This document shows, in pieces, positions 1-13,475 of a DNA stretch of 64,000 nt. Source of the stretch: Podarcis bocagei (lineage: Eukaryota). The DNA is taken from the NCBI GenBank assembly GCA_964188305.1, contig OZ076886.1; one strand, written 5' to 3'. The notes beneath the pieces were generated by a model that was not told the DNA's origin, made no database searches, and was given only the letters and a program-made list of their open reading frames with translations. Numbering within the stretch: the first letter of the stretch is position 1; each line of letters opens with the position of its first letter. The position numbers were made by a program, and so were the translations under genes.

Positions 1-489
1 ACTGTAGTTTTACAGTGATAAGCAATATTAGTCATACTTGCTGATTTAAATGGGTATACTCTGAGTATGAGTAATGTTGGGTATCACCCAAAAGATTTAC
101 TATTAATAAAATATTTTCTTCCCTCGCAGTCAAGTATTAATGCAATGTTGTTATATGGTGCTGTGTCCACACATACCTTTTTATTCCATTTCTTTTAAAA
201 GCCATATTACAACTCAGTTTCTTTTTCACAGTAAACTAAAACACTGCAGTATATGTAAGAATTTCTGAGCTTCTCTATTTGGACTTTTTTTTTTGGCAGG
301 GGCAACTGATCTTATTTACACATCTAATTATCTGATTTGAAGTTTCAGCCAAGGTATCAGAGTTGCACCTAACAGTAATAGCACCTGGGTGTTATTAGAG
401 CCACAGAACGGCACGTGTGAAAAATGACAATGCTTCTAAATATCACTGCACACATTTCTCTCTTATAAAAGTATCCCTTGTGCTGCAGT

Positions 490-1490
490 CAAATTGGATC
501 AGCTGATGCAGATTGTCTAATACCCATGGGGCAGATATGGGTCCTGTGCTTGCTTGTGCGTAGCCGACAGCAAGGTTGGCTACTGCTAGGGGAGGGCAAG
601 GCAACCAGAACGACCACTGACTTCCATGAGGGAGCAAGGTAAGGACTGCTTACCGTCAGCTGTGTGGTCGGCATTCCTGCAAGCATACAATGAGGTTTCC
701 TTCTGGCAGGTTCTATTGGTCACTCGCCACAATTCCCAGGCCCATTCCGATGCCTCCAGCAGCCTAGGCTTCGGGGTCTACTTCAAGGGTTGTTGGTGCT
801 CCCAGCCATGGCCTGCTCATTGGAGGGAGAAAGGATCACATGCGACCTTACCTTCCTAGAATTCTTCCCCATCCTGGTGGCTGTACATATCTGGGTTGAG
901 GAATGCTGGAACTTCAGGGTCTGACAATCAAGTGGTGGTGAGGGTTCTGGCCAAGCTGTCCTTCTGGTAGGACCTGAGGTTGTTCTGGGCATTTGTGTTC
1001 CAGCCTGCTAACATCTCCTTTTCAGCCAGTTTTGTTCCAGTAATAGCACAGTGGACATTCTGTCTCAATTTCAGGAGGATCGCTTTTGAGGCTCAGTTGG
1101 ATTCAGGGCTCTTTCCTGAGGACCTGTGGGCACTTGGAGGCACTGCGTGATGCAGGGAGTATTACAGTCCATCGCGCCTTCCACATTCCAAGCGTACTCC
1201 AGGGCATCGTCTTCCTTTGAAGCCTTTAGGTCTCATGCTGGGGTGGGCCCAGACTCCCCTCAGGCATGAGAGGTGGATTTCCTGCCATACCTTGTGTCCC
1301 TTAAGAACCGGGGGTTAGCCACCACGACCATGTCCTTGCATGTAGCTACAACCACCATCTTTAGTAAATTCCTCTGGTTCCCCACCCCCTGCAATTACTT
1401 CCAATTCCGAAGGCTGTTGGAAGGCTGGCGCAGGCACCACCTTACAGCCCCAGATGTGGGGAGACCAATTATGTATGGTCTCCTCAGAGA
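490..1490 (+). mobile_element. Degenerate DIRS/Ngaro-like tyrosine-recombinase retrotransposon fragment
   Basis: RNase H-like HSDASSSLGFGVYFKGCWCSQPWP and FPILVAVHIW, then an YR N-terminal-like YLVSLKNRGLATTTM; frameshifted; boundaries approximate. Confidence 0.7.
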
Positions 1491-1668
1491 TACTGTATTT
1501 TTCCATGTATAAGACTAGGGTTTCCCCTCTAAAAAATAATGTTAAAAATTAGGGGGTGTCTTATACATGGGACCATCTCCTATCTCCCCCCATTTTCTTA
1601 AATCTGAGTCCCCCAAAATAGGGGGCGTCTTATACATGGGGGCGTCTTATAGATGGGAAAATATGGTA
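1491..1668. mobile_element. Tc/mariner (pogo/Tc2-like) MITE
   Basis: TIRs tactgtattttcc...ggaaaatatggta with TA ends; internal gtcttata repeats. Confidence 0.7.
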
Positions 1669-3419
1669 TATGGAAAGTTCTGGGCACCATCTGCTGGACG
1701 AAATATGAGAAAGACTTTTCCGGTGAGTACTGATGCTCTCTTTCTCAGGGCCTACAGCCTATCCCCCCCCTCCCGGTTTGAACTTCTTTGTTTTATAAAA
1801 ATATTTATTTATTTCTGTGGTAGTCATTACTCTTAACAATGACATCAAATTGCATCAAAGTACAGTATTAATGAAAAGAATGCATTTTTCTTAAATGATT
1901 TCCTGTAAAGGACACACAAGCCCTATTCAGGCATTATGTACACAGGCAAGTTGCCCGGTATGTAGGTGTGAGCGAGGGGGCTCCAGCAAGAACAAGTATG
2001 TTAGCTTTACCTGCTCTGTGCCCCAAAACACACAGGAAGCACACATAGATACAGGAGGCTCTCTGCTGCAGAAAGTCACCTTCCAACTCAAGGCAGCTGA
2101 TGAAAATGGATGTGGATGGGGGTGGAGCTAACATGCTTGTCCTGCTGCCCTTTCTCGTGTGGTAGCTCACCTGTGTACCGTGACCTTGCTCCAGATGAGC
2201 CAAGTTCTGTTGACCAAATTCCTCAGTGCATTGATATCTGGGTGGTTGCTGAATACCATGGAGCTCATCAAGCAATGAGTCCAGAGGTGCTGTTGCTTTG
2301 ATCCCTTACCTCATGTGACTGTCTGCATTTAATCTCCAGAGAATAGATTTATCTTGCATATTCAGTGTTTTGGAAAACTGTGTTAGGGTTGCTGCCTTGC
2401 TTCGATTAATTTCCCCTGCGTGGTTTTGTCCACAGTTACCAAGCTGTGCAAACCTTTCAAAAAGCAAGAGGACTCGTCTTGATAAGGTTTGCAGCTTTCA
2501 CAGAATGAGTGAAATAATAGCAATAATAAAATAAAACAAAGAGAGGCATATTTATACAGCATTTGTAGGGACTCTTTGTTGCTTTCAACGCTTATCTCTA
2601 TGTATGGCTCGAGTCAATTTCAAAGGTGCTCTACAGCATTTTGCAATGGATTTTTTTTCTTATAGAGCCATCTGGTTAGGTTAAATAAAGTGCCATATAT
2701 TTCAACCTTGATTTGCAGGCAGGCATGTCAAAAGGTCTATTCTAAAGACTCTGTGTTGTGATAGAACTTCTTGGCCTGCGAGAGGTAATGAGATTCCATC
2801 CACACAATTTGACCTAATGATTCAAAGCAAGATAGCAGAAGGCTCCGTGAGACATATGCATCTCTTGCTTTCTCTTCTAGATAAAGTTGAAAGCTTTTCT
2901 CCAATTCTCTCGAATGGGAAGCGAATATTTGCCGATAATAATTTACACTGAATGGAGGTCACATTGTTAGCTTTGTTATTAACTAAGGCTGAAAACCCTA
3001 TATATGCTAAAGCAGTGGCTTCCAACCATTGGCTTATGGTGATTGCACCAGGGATGAGGAATCTGTGCCCTTTCAAAAGTTCTTGGACTACCATACCTAC
3101 TGGCCTTGCTGTCTGGGACTAATGGGAGCTGGAGTCCAATGACATCTGGACTTCCCCAGGTCCCTCATCCCAGCATTCAGTCTATGGCTGGACTCCAAGA
3201 GCAGGGGAGGCAGCCTCTCTGTACAAAGTACCACTGTAATTAGCAAGTCTTTGTCTCAGTGGTAGGTGGGAAGAACTCTGAATGAAATAAAGCTCCTCCT
3301 ACACAACATGGACAAGCTGAAGGTAATTCACACTATGATATGGCAAGCTGAGTCCTGAAAGGAGAAAAGGCAGTCCATCCTTCCTATGTCAGAAGAGTAA
3401 ATGGCTGCTGAGTAGATCC

Positions 3420-4130
3420 TCCTGAAAGACAGGATGACTTCTTAATGATGTTTAGAACAGGATGTTGTTGTTGTTGGCATCTGTCTGTCTTGAGAGACAA
3501 TGGAGTGTGCCTCCAGGGGTGAAGTCAGACCGCTGGAGAATGACAGAGCCTGCTATGGCTGCAGAGGCCCGTATTGCCTCCTGTGTTGTTTTTGCTGCAT
3601 TAGCAGCACCAAAGTGATCTGTCCAGGGCACAAGCCTGGGCAGTGTGTATGGAGGTCCAGGGGTGCCCAGAGGACAAGACCCTCTTATTGGCATCACCAG
3701 TGTGGTCTAAAGGAAAGCAGAGCAATGCATTTGGCACCAGCTTGGCTGCAGGAGTTGCCGGAAAGAGGAGTATAAGATGCCATCCAACAATATTTGAGAC
3801 TCCACTCCGGATTTGTGTAGGGTTTACTCCTTAGCCTTTTCTTCTCAAAGATGCAATGGAATAGGACGACTGCTTGCAAAAGTAAAGCAGTCTGGAATCT
3901 CCTGCAGTAGAACAACTCTACTGGCTTGCAGAACTCAGCCAGAGTAAATAGCCTGGGAATCACCAGGGCCAGCCAAAGATGGCTTAGGCGACTGCATGTA
4001 AGATCTGTGAGGTGTGCTCCAGAATTGCCTGCAATGTTGCCAAGTTTGTTAGGGCACAAGTAGAATGCCCAGTCTGGTGGCAGTGCTCTGTGGCCAGTCC
4101 AAAGATCTTCACTCCTTGGTGTCCTTTGGT
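3420..4130. mobile_element. Probable old LINE-like repeat fragment, family uncertain
   Basis: Resembles common squamate interspersed repeat sequence; no intact domain. Confidence 0.3.
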
Positions 4131-6370
4131 GTCTCCCATTTTAATTGCCATGTTGTTTTACTGCAATTGCTTTATTTCATATTTCAGTTATGGGCTGGGG
4201 GAGGCTGCTGTCTGAAGTCCAGGAGAACCATGGCCGGTGTCTGAGCTAGATGGACTAGTGGTCCAAATCAGTATAAGGCAGCTTCTATGTTCCTCTTCCA
4301 CTTGTTGGCACCATTCTCCCCATCAAGCAGCGCCACCTGTTTCTGATTTGGACCACTCTCTTTTCACCAGCATATTCAAAATTCAACAAAGTCTTCATGA
4401 ATTTACATTTTCGTTTGCAAATCAAAAATGGCACCTACCCTTAAATACAAATCCAGTGTAAGAATTTAGTGAAGTTGACAAAAGATTGGTATAAATAGAC
4501 GAGTGTAATCCCTCCACCACCTGCAACCGCATGGCATGATTCAGCCAAAGACACACGTTTAATTCCCTTAGATTTTAACAGCAGAGTTAACTACATCCTC
4601 AAGTCTCTGGCTGAAACCAATGGCACTTCAATATGCCAGTTGCTACTGGAGTGTGGCCATGTTAGGCTTGAAGGGCATTTCTAAAAAAATCCACCTTTAT
4701 ACAACTTTTAAAGATAACATATAAAGAGAAAGCCCTGCATAGCTTTCCTGCACAACATTACCACTAAAATAATAGATCTTCATGCACAAGCAATTGTGAT
4801 ACAATTAAATATCCCTGAATTAATTTAGAAACAGAGATTGCTATTCAAAAGCAGCAGACTTTTATAAGAAAGAGAACATGTGCAGGGGAAAAAAAATTGA
4901 CTGCAAACCACAATTCAATTATGCAGATCATGGAACTAATGTGGAATAAATAAATTGTGGACTCTGGCTTGGACCTAATAGACCGAACAACATGTTAAAA
5001 AAAAAGAAAATCTAAATTCATTTAAAACTACAAAGTGCATATATGTGTGCACTATTTCTCAAGTATATGTTTCAGTATTGTTGCCTAAAATAAAATGTAA
5101 AACACAATTTTTATGGTGCAACTATTAATTAATGCATTTTTCAAACATGTTTTGAGACAAGAACCAGTTTTCTTTGGTGAAAAGAGGCTCCCCATGAAGC
5201 ACATTTGCCCCTTAGAGGTGGTTTTCACCATTTCATTACATGTCTTGGCAAGTAACACGCAATTCCACCTGTGGGCAAATTTCCCTGAAAACTTCTATCT
5301 TTTTTTCTGAATGCTTTTTGCTTGATGGTAGGTCAAAAGAAGAAATTGCTTCCCAGTAAGTAACTCAGAGTCAGTTCACACGAGTACTGGGAACATGACA
5401 GTTATTAGAGAACCACTCGATGGCATCAGGTCTAAGATCAGGCTTTTTACATGCCATCACATGTTTGATATAACAACAACAACAAAATTAACGATAATAA
5501 TGCATTTGTAACCCAAACTAGACATCAGCCTTAATTGAATATGGAAAAGAATAAGTTTTCCCCTACTTCTCTCATAAGGAACATAAGTGTTGCAGTTTAG
5601 AACCATAAGGCTCTCAGGTGCACAAACTAGTTTAGTTACTCTTGAGTACCTGGATTTAGGATTGAGTCTTAGATGTAAGGTTCATTTATGCATTACTGGC
5701 AGTGGGGTAGGAGCTGCTTCTTAGCAGTTTTGTCCCACATCAACTGCAGGAATGCCATTATCTGCAAGCTGAGGCCAAGAGCCAGGTGGCAAGGAACCAT
5801 GTCACTCGGCCCTGTCTATCAACTCAAAGATCAGCAGAATACTCGGAAAGGAATTCTCTCAGCCCCGAGTGACTTGGCCATCTTCATCATCCTTCCAAGC
5901 AGCAAGGTGAATCCTACCACTTGTCAACTGCTCTCTCACGTGTGGTAAGTGATCCCAAGCACTAGCAAGAGTGATATGGAAAGAAGCTACAACCACCAGC
6001 TGACCCACGATTCAGCTTTTCCTATGTCAGATCATAAGTGGTTAGTATCGCTTAGTGAAAAACACAGCACTATGCTTAAGTGTTCAATAGTTGGGCTATA
6101 AAGAGCGAAAAGAGACAAATGAGAGAACTTTCACTCATGCTCTACCTTTGCATTCCAGAATGCAAATAATTAAAAATTAACAATGCATAATATACCGCAG
6201 AGTATCTATGAAGTCTTCCATAAAACCAGTGGACTTCTCTTTCAAGACCTTATTTTTTTTTGCACCCAAACAAAAAACATTCACAGAGCATCTACTGTTT
6301 TACTAATTCATCTGCGTATGAGTCCTCTTGTACCCGAAAACTCCAATTGTATCAAAGGAGGTTTCCTTAC

Positions 6371-6512
6371 TTTACTGGCTCCCATGACTCCCGCTCAAAT
6401 CCCCTGTGAATTGACTGTGCAATTGAGGATTCCATGAGATCGACATATCTAACAACAAGTGGGGCAAACAGGTCTTGAAGATGTTTGTGGTATTTTCCAT
6501 TGCACAAATTAT
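6371..6512 (-). CDS. CADPS: CADPS exon (Y)[46 protein letters not shown](K/N), 142 nt
   Basis: CAPS1 peptide; tctag| and AA|gtaagg. Downstream exons were not seen in the window. Confidence 0.97.
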
Positions 6513-7304
6513 CTAGAATAAATAAATCAATAAAAGCATGGTAAGAAGCAACCCAGACTGTCATATTTATCATACAGCATAAATTTTTGAGCTCAAAACA
6601 ATACTTTACAGGGCAAAACAATTCAGCTAGAAAAGGTCCTGCCAAATAAAAGGCTTTGCTACCAAACCATTTACTCTACATTTCAGGGATTCTGATGAGG
6701 CTAGTAACTGCAATATTACCATATTTCTTCAAACGAGCAAACAATAAAATCATACTCATTAGTGGCAACACAGGTATTAGCAAAACAGTTGTGTTCTTAG
6801 TACCGGGTACAAAATGATGAAGATGCTTTGTACCGATTAAGACTTTCTTAGATGCGTCACTTTAAATCCTTGGATCTTTGATCCCATATAAAATAAACTG
6901 AATACGAAGGCATCGTGGGAACTGTAGTTTTTTTTATGAGTGTGGAAAATACCATGAAAAATCCCTGTATCCAGCTCTTCGGAACTACAGCTTCCATGTG
7001 TCCTTGAAGGGAAACTGCAACATGTGCAGCACAACCTGATGCAGGTCTGCTTGGAAGTATACCCAACTGTATTCAATGGGGTTTAATTGCAGTCTTAAAC
7101 GGGTTGAAGTTTGTGGTATAGAATGTCCTTAGGCTTGCACCCAGTGCTCATCATGAAATTTGTAAGATGCAAGCTCAGATGTTATTTCACAGACATTTGT
7201 CTTTATTTAAGATTCACCTTTCAACCCTCTTCACACACCAATCCCACTCACATCTTTTTGCCATGAAATGCTCTACACTCTCTGCTTACAGGTTCCTACA
7301 ACCT

Positions 7305-7445
7305 AGATCTGAGTTTGGGAACCTGTGGCTCTTTAGACAATGCCAGACTCTAACTCCCATCAGCTCCAGCCAGCATAGCCGATGGTCAGGAATGATGGGA
7401 ATTGTAGTGCAACAGGATCTGGAGGGTTGTAGGCTCCCCATCCTA
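7305..7445. mobile_element. URR1-like hAT palindromic MITE; similar copies at ~3100-3175, 12410-12548, 31770-31965 and 47660-47783
   Basis: gggaacctgtggc...aactcccatc / gatgggaattgtagt...gttcccc fold-back structure. Confidence 0.65.
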
Positions 7446-8117
7446 ACTAGATAGTTCTGATCCATCAGCTGGGAATCACTAACTTACATCAATGAGCTAC
7501 TGAACAAATTGGAAGGATACGATAGCCATAATAAACAAAACAAAATAAAAAAACCCAACACAGTGATCTGCACGTGCATTAGAAACTTCTGCAAATTCCT
7601 TCATTGAAGTTTTCACTATGGCTGTCCATGCTGTCCACAGAGCAAAGCTGATTTTTCTCTTTGAAACATGACTTCTTTTTCTGGTTGCATGAGCAACTGA
7701 AGTAGAAACTTCAAAGAACTTTGTAGTGGCACATGTGGTTCTCCCTTGCATTTATTATTCATGCAGAGTGGTATTCAGCTAAGGTTTACCTACTGAAATT
7801 GATGGCCTCAACACAGTCATGCTAATAAAAAGCATTGCTAACAAGTACCACCAACCAACTGCATAACTGGCTGGTGTTATTCATTTATAAGCTGGTTTCA
7901 ATGAGGCAATAGAAAGGTTTGATACTGTCTTTGTACAGGAGTTTACATATGTAAGGTACATAGTTCCCTGAGTATGAATAAACAAGAATGCCTTTCTTCC
8001 CAAACCACTGAGAGTCAAACGAATTATCAAAGGCCACTTTTATTCCACAAAGAACCAGAAAACAACTGTTTTGCCCTATCAGAGAAGGAACATTAAATGG
8101 CCAAATACAATACATAC

Positions 8118-8274
8118 AGTCACTACGAAGCGAATCATTTAGAAGTTGAAAGAGTGGAAAGCTGTCCCAGGTATCTGGGGGCTGGACCTCTAGAGCAGCA
8201 TCCATATCCACCGCAAACAAGGAAAGGAAGGTTTCCGCATGCTCAACCATTAAATCTGACCACCAAGCAAAGGC
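8118..8274 (-). CDS. CADPS: CADPS exon [52 protein letters not shown] (MHD1), 157 nt
   Basis: CAPS1 peptide; taaag| and ACT|gtatgt. Confidence 0.97.
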
Positions 8275-9552
8275 CTTTAAATGGAGCAGGGGGGAAAAAG
8301 TGAAAGAAGTATTAGTGATCTCCTAAACCACAGTGCATTTTCGCACTTGTAATAGGCATTCTGAAAACAACAACTACTAATGGGGATCCTACTGGAAACT
8401 AGCTTTATTGTAAAGAGAACAGCAGTACAAAATGCTAGCATAGTGCAGATATGGTGTATCCATCAAGCCCCTGCTACTTTTTGGCAGGAACTTCTCCAGG
8501 AGCGTTGAATCAGAACTGTATACTTCCTCTACACATCTGTAATGCAACAGAGGATGCATGCCTGTTCAGTTTACAATAACCCATTCAATTCCTTTTAGAT
8601 CATGCTATTTGCTAGAGGGGTAAACTAGTTCTTTGTCTAAAATATAAAACATCTGGGAGTTTCTTCACTGTGTTTGTGGGTTTTCTCCTTTTCTTTCCCA
8701 CGATCCTATCAAAAATCCATCTAGAATCTGACTGACAACTGCAATGTGAGAACAGCACTTGCACGGGAACTGACTGGCCCTAAAACATCTCACATTAACA
8801 GTGCAAAGTCAACCAGTCAATTAAAAAAAGATCCCTACCTTAATTTAACTCATTTAAGTTTTAAAGGAATTAAAGATGGTTTTCCCCACTTAGAATGGAA
8901 GAATTACCACCCAGTTTTAGAAGGCTGGCATTAGAAGAACCACCAAGCATCAAGCCAGGGTGTGCCTACAGCAGGAAATAAATCTAAAGTTGAAAACCAA
9001 GAAATATCAGTGAAGTAACTCTTTTGTCATGCGCATGGGTCCTCGAGAATTCACTGTACAGCTTTTCTGAAGTGACATTCACATCATACATGACTCAGAT
9101 GTGAATGTGTTTGGAACACATGCATGCGTGTTTAAAATCACTTCTGCTGAGGAACATGCAGTATGAGTGGAGTTGTCAACAGGACCTTGTGCAGTAACTG
9201 TTAGGCAATACGGAAACTATTCAACAGCTTAGTGTTTATACAAGGTAAAAAAAAAATGTCATTAGCATTTACCAAGTGGAGAAAAAAAGTTAGACTTGAA
9301 AGTGAGGAAAAGGCTAATTATATTTGATTAAATAGCCATTTTTAAATCTGCTAATGCGGTCCTGCTCTGTGTTCCATCCTCCGAGGAGGTAACACTGTCA
9401 ATCTGACTGGAGCAGTGCCTTTTGTGTGGTGGCCCCAGAGTTATGGAATGTGCTTCCCTGAGAGTTCTATGGTTTGTATCCAACTAGGTCATACTCAGAG
9501 AGAGTAGACCCACTGAAATCAAGGACCAAGAAAACCACAACTGACTTTAATC

Positions 9553-9699
9553 CAGTGCTTTTTTTCTGGGGGAATGCAGGGGTATGCATAGCCCTAAACA
9601 TTTTGTGATTCTAAGTTTGGCCTCATTGAGGGGCAGTATTTCAGTATAAGTAGGAAAATGAGAGTACTCCTAAACATTTTTTTACAGAAAAAAGCACTG
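9553..9699. mobile_element. hAT MITE
   Basis: TIRs cagtgcttttttt/aaaaaagcactg; 8-bp TSD ctttaatc/cttaaatc. Confidence 0.7.
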
Positions 9700-12600
9700 C
9701 TTAAATCCATTGGGCCTACTTTGAGAATGTCTTAGTTTTGTACTATCTATGTATTCTTCTCCAAGCTCTTTTCAGAAGCAGATGAAGACCTCTTTATTCT
9801 GCCAGTCATTTCTGGAGTTAACAGCAGATTTCCAATTGCTGATTTATGTAGTTTTAAATTATTGTTTTATACTGTTTCAGTTAGACATGTCTTCAATTAG
9901 AAATGTTTTGCGGACATTTTTGCTGGAAGGTGGCTAAGAAACACTGTGCATAAAATGAATAAGTACATACAACTGAACAGAAATGGTTAGTGATTAATCA
10001 TGTCAATTGCAAGGGTATATTTTTATCAGTGGATGGGGGAAATGGTTCAAATAGGAATGAATGGATGGACTGAACCCCTACTTTGTTTTGCAATGCATTA
10101 TTTTTGAGACATTAACAGAAATTGATAATCAACATTCAAATTATTCACTGAAGGGCCCAAATTGCCAACTTTCACATTTTAAACTATTCCTTAACCTACT
10201 CCGGCATCCTTTTTTACTACAAGCAGTGCACCATGACATGGATTATATTAATTTTTAACAGGAGGTCCTGAGGAAGGCAGGAGGAATTGTACCTCTGATG
10301 TGCTAATTCAGACACAAAGGAGCTCTCTTTGTTCAGATACTGGTTTTTTGTCCTGGTTCCCACAGAAAACTCCTATGTGGATATGTGCCAAGGGATTTGA
10401 ATCTCTATGTAGTATTATAATGCCACGACACTTTAACATTAAGAGCTCTATATTACTTTATATGTAATTGCAATTGTTTTGCTATTTTCTATTAATGTCG
10501 CCTTTGTAGATATCTGATTTGTACAAATATCTGATTTGCATCATATCCAGATTTTCAGGGGAAATTTAATTCTAACAGACTAGTTGTTACGGAAATTTCA
10601 TGCAGATGAGTTCTGCTGGATCACACCAAAGGTTCATCTAGTCCAGCATTTTGCTTTCCACAATGGCCCATCAGATTCCTTTCAGAGATTTCAAGGGATT
10701 GTAATCCTAAAAAGTTCTGTATTTCTTCCCTGGCAAAATATTGCACAGTGTTCACAATTTTCTGCTTTGTTTGGCTCCGGTTATCGATTGCTTTTGTTAT
10801 CTTTACAGGGTTTGCTTTATCTTCTGGACTAAAATACTGTGTTATAAATTACAGTGGATTGGCAGGGGTGGAAGAAACCTATCAGTAATAATGTCCACAC
10901 ACAATAAACATACCTATGAGTTAAAAAAAGAAAAAGAGAGAAAGAGAGCTAATGCTTTAGAAATTCAGAAGAAAGGATCACGGTCATTTCCGAAGAACAA
11001 TGCTTTTCACTCTGTAAGTAGCAGTCAGCTTGCACTCAGTAAGTCTGTTCATTCATGCCAAGCTTATTGCCCTGTGATCACAGTATATCGTTCCTTCTTT
11101 CTCCAAAATGAGAGAAGTAACATGGTGTTACTCAACAATCCAGTTCAACACAGAAAAGTTTAGTTTGCCACCTACTTACCTTCTTTGTCCCAAGCATGGA
11201 AAGGAAGTATTCTCCCTACATCACCACACTTACAATTCCCTACACCCATGGGAACTCATGTATATATGCATATCTCACAGGAGGTAAAATACATATATAC
11301 ATACTCCTACATATACATACATAAGGAGAGAGAACGGCAGTACTGAGACTGCCTATGGTAGCTACTGCCTTATAAAATGCCCTGTTACTTAGGGAAATGT
11401 TTACGAACAAAGAGACAAATGGCATAGACTTAAAGGCTATAAGATGTCTGTTGGGATCTGAACAGCAACTTTAGCTTTTGCAACTGTTCAACAACACAGT
11501 TCAGGGCCCTTTTGCTTAAACTGAATTAATTGTACAGCACATATTTAATGACAATCTTCACTGTTCTCTGGGGTTTTTTTGGAGAGGGGGAGGTAGGGGT
11601 GAGGAGTGTTGTGCGTTTGCTAATTGTTAACAAACCCACTATGAACTAGGAAGAAATCTTTTTGCGCATTAACAGGTGTGTTAATCCACTGTGCATTCTA
11701 CAATACCCTTCCCATGTGCTCATGCTGCTTGTCTTAAATGGTTGTCAGTAAGTGATGTAAGGATGTGTGTGAAGTCTTCAGTGAACCTCAAGTGACCCGA
11801 AAAGTACTTATGAAAACTCATGGAAAGTAAGAGAAGGGAGTGTTTTCATTTTGTCTTTTTAATGCTACAAAGTCAGTAAATCTGGAGGGAGAAGGGGAAA
11901 GGCAACTGGCCATAGCATCTATAACATCACCAATCTACGCTACACTTACTTATTTTACGGAGCAATCCTAATTCCCAGCAGGGCTGAACAGAGTGTACAA
12001 GTCACTGCTGCATCTGTGGCACTGTTGCTTGTGCTGGCCTGGCTAGGAAGGAGGGGTGGAGACAGTGCTAAATGCTATCAGAGAAGAAAGGCCTGGATCA
12101 GGCCAGTTGTGGATAGCTGGGTCGACTTAAGATCCAGCAGATTTCTTGGCCAGCCAAGCTAACCCTTTGCTGAAACACCCCATTTCAAGGGTTTGCGCTG
12201 GTGGGGATGCCACTAGAGACCATGCTTTTGGAGGGTGCAGTGGGAACCTCAATGGTGGCAGAGCTCCCTGTGCCCTGCCAGTGGATCCCAGCAGATCCAG
12301 GTACTGCCCACATCCTAACCTCCTTCAGGTCAGGGGTTAGGATTGATCTGTTGCACATCAGTCTTCTTGATCTATAAAACCCAAAATGGATTTGCATTGA
12401 TTCTGTAAATCAGGATGGAGAAGCTGTTGCCCTCCAGGTGTTGCTGGACTACAACTCCCATCATCTCCGCATATTGGCCATGCTGGCTGGGGTTGATGGA
12501 AGCTGGAATCCAACAGCAGCTGGAGCGCTACAGGTTCCCCACCCCTGCTCTAAGAGATAACTACTAAGGGTCCTGTGTGGTTGCTGTTAGCCAGTGTTCC

Positions 12601-13466
12601 ATTTGCATTCTACTTGGGTAACGTTGGACTAGCAGAATCATGTGCGTATGTACTGGTCGCTGCAGGTATGTCCCTTGCCAACGTTGCTCCATGTGGTAGC
12701 TCTCAACATGTGGTGAACTGTTTTCCCTTACAGAACCTATGCCTCAAAGTCATAGCCATTGGCCGCTTGTATCAGTTGTTGCCATTGTCTTGCTATTGAA
12801 CAACTGCAGATTTCTCATTCCTTCACGAGGTGTATGAAAAAGGTGAGATAGTGAGGTGGGAAGCAGCATTATTTGCCATAGGTATGCCACCACAGCTGCC
12901 CAGAATCATGCTCTTTCTGAATTAACACAGCTAGTCTTTCAGCAACATGAAAGCAGAATTTTCTCCACTCCTGAACCTTGGATCAACACTCTCTCCATAT
13001 GTACATATTGTATATATATTTATATATACCGTATACCAAAACAATACACACAATGGACAAAATCAGAGGAAGGCTATAGCTATCCTAGCTAATAGTTTGG
13101 CACTTATTTTTATTACCAGCAGGGGGAAACTATATAGAGATCAGGTGTACGCTGAGCAACAGAGGTAAACAGGCTGAGGAAAGAGCCCAGGCAGGTAGAA
13201 CAAGTGTTGGGATGTAACTGCAGTGCTTGTAAAAATAAATCCATCGCTACATGCACGGGCTGGAGAATTTCCCCCCACATTGGCCCTGCCATGTAGGGCT
13301 ACAATTCCACAAGCAGTTCTGACAGAAGTTGCTGTTACATTCCTTGGCTCCAGAGTTACAAAGCAAGGATGACCCAGGGAAGATCCCATTAGGAAACATG
13401 GCACCGAGAGGGCATGCACGGAAATATGACAGGAGGTGACTTGCTTCATTCACTTTAGTCACATAC

Positions 13467-13475
13467 CTCTTTCCC
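13467..13475 (-). CDS. CADPS: CADPS 9-nt microexon GKE, phase 0-0
   Basis: ggcag|GGGAAAGAG|gtatgt gives HHAE-GKE-AFAWW, a known CAPS-family variant position. Confidence 0.82.

Noticed and set aside
1-6370. Next CADPS exons (SLTSNLP..., NGSGTSEDLFWK)
   Set aside because: Not found by eye; presumably beyond the window start
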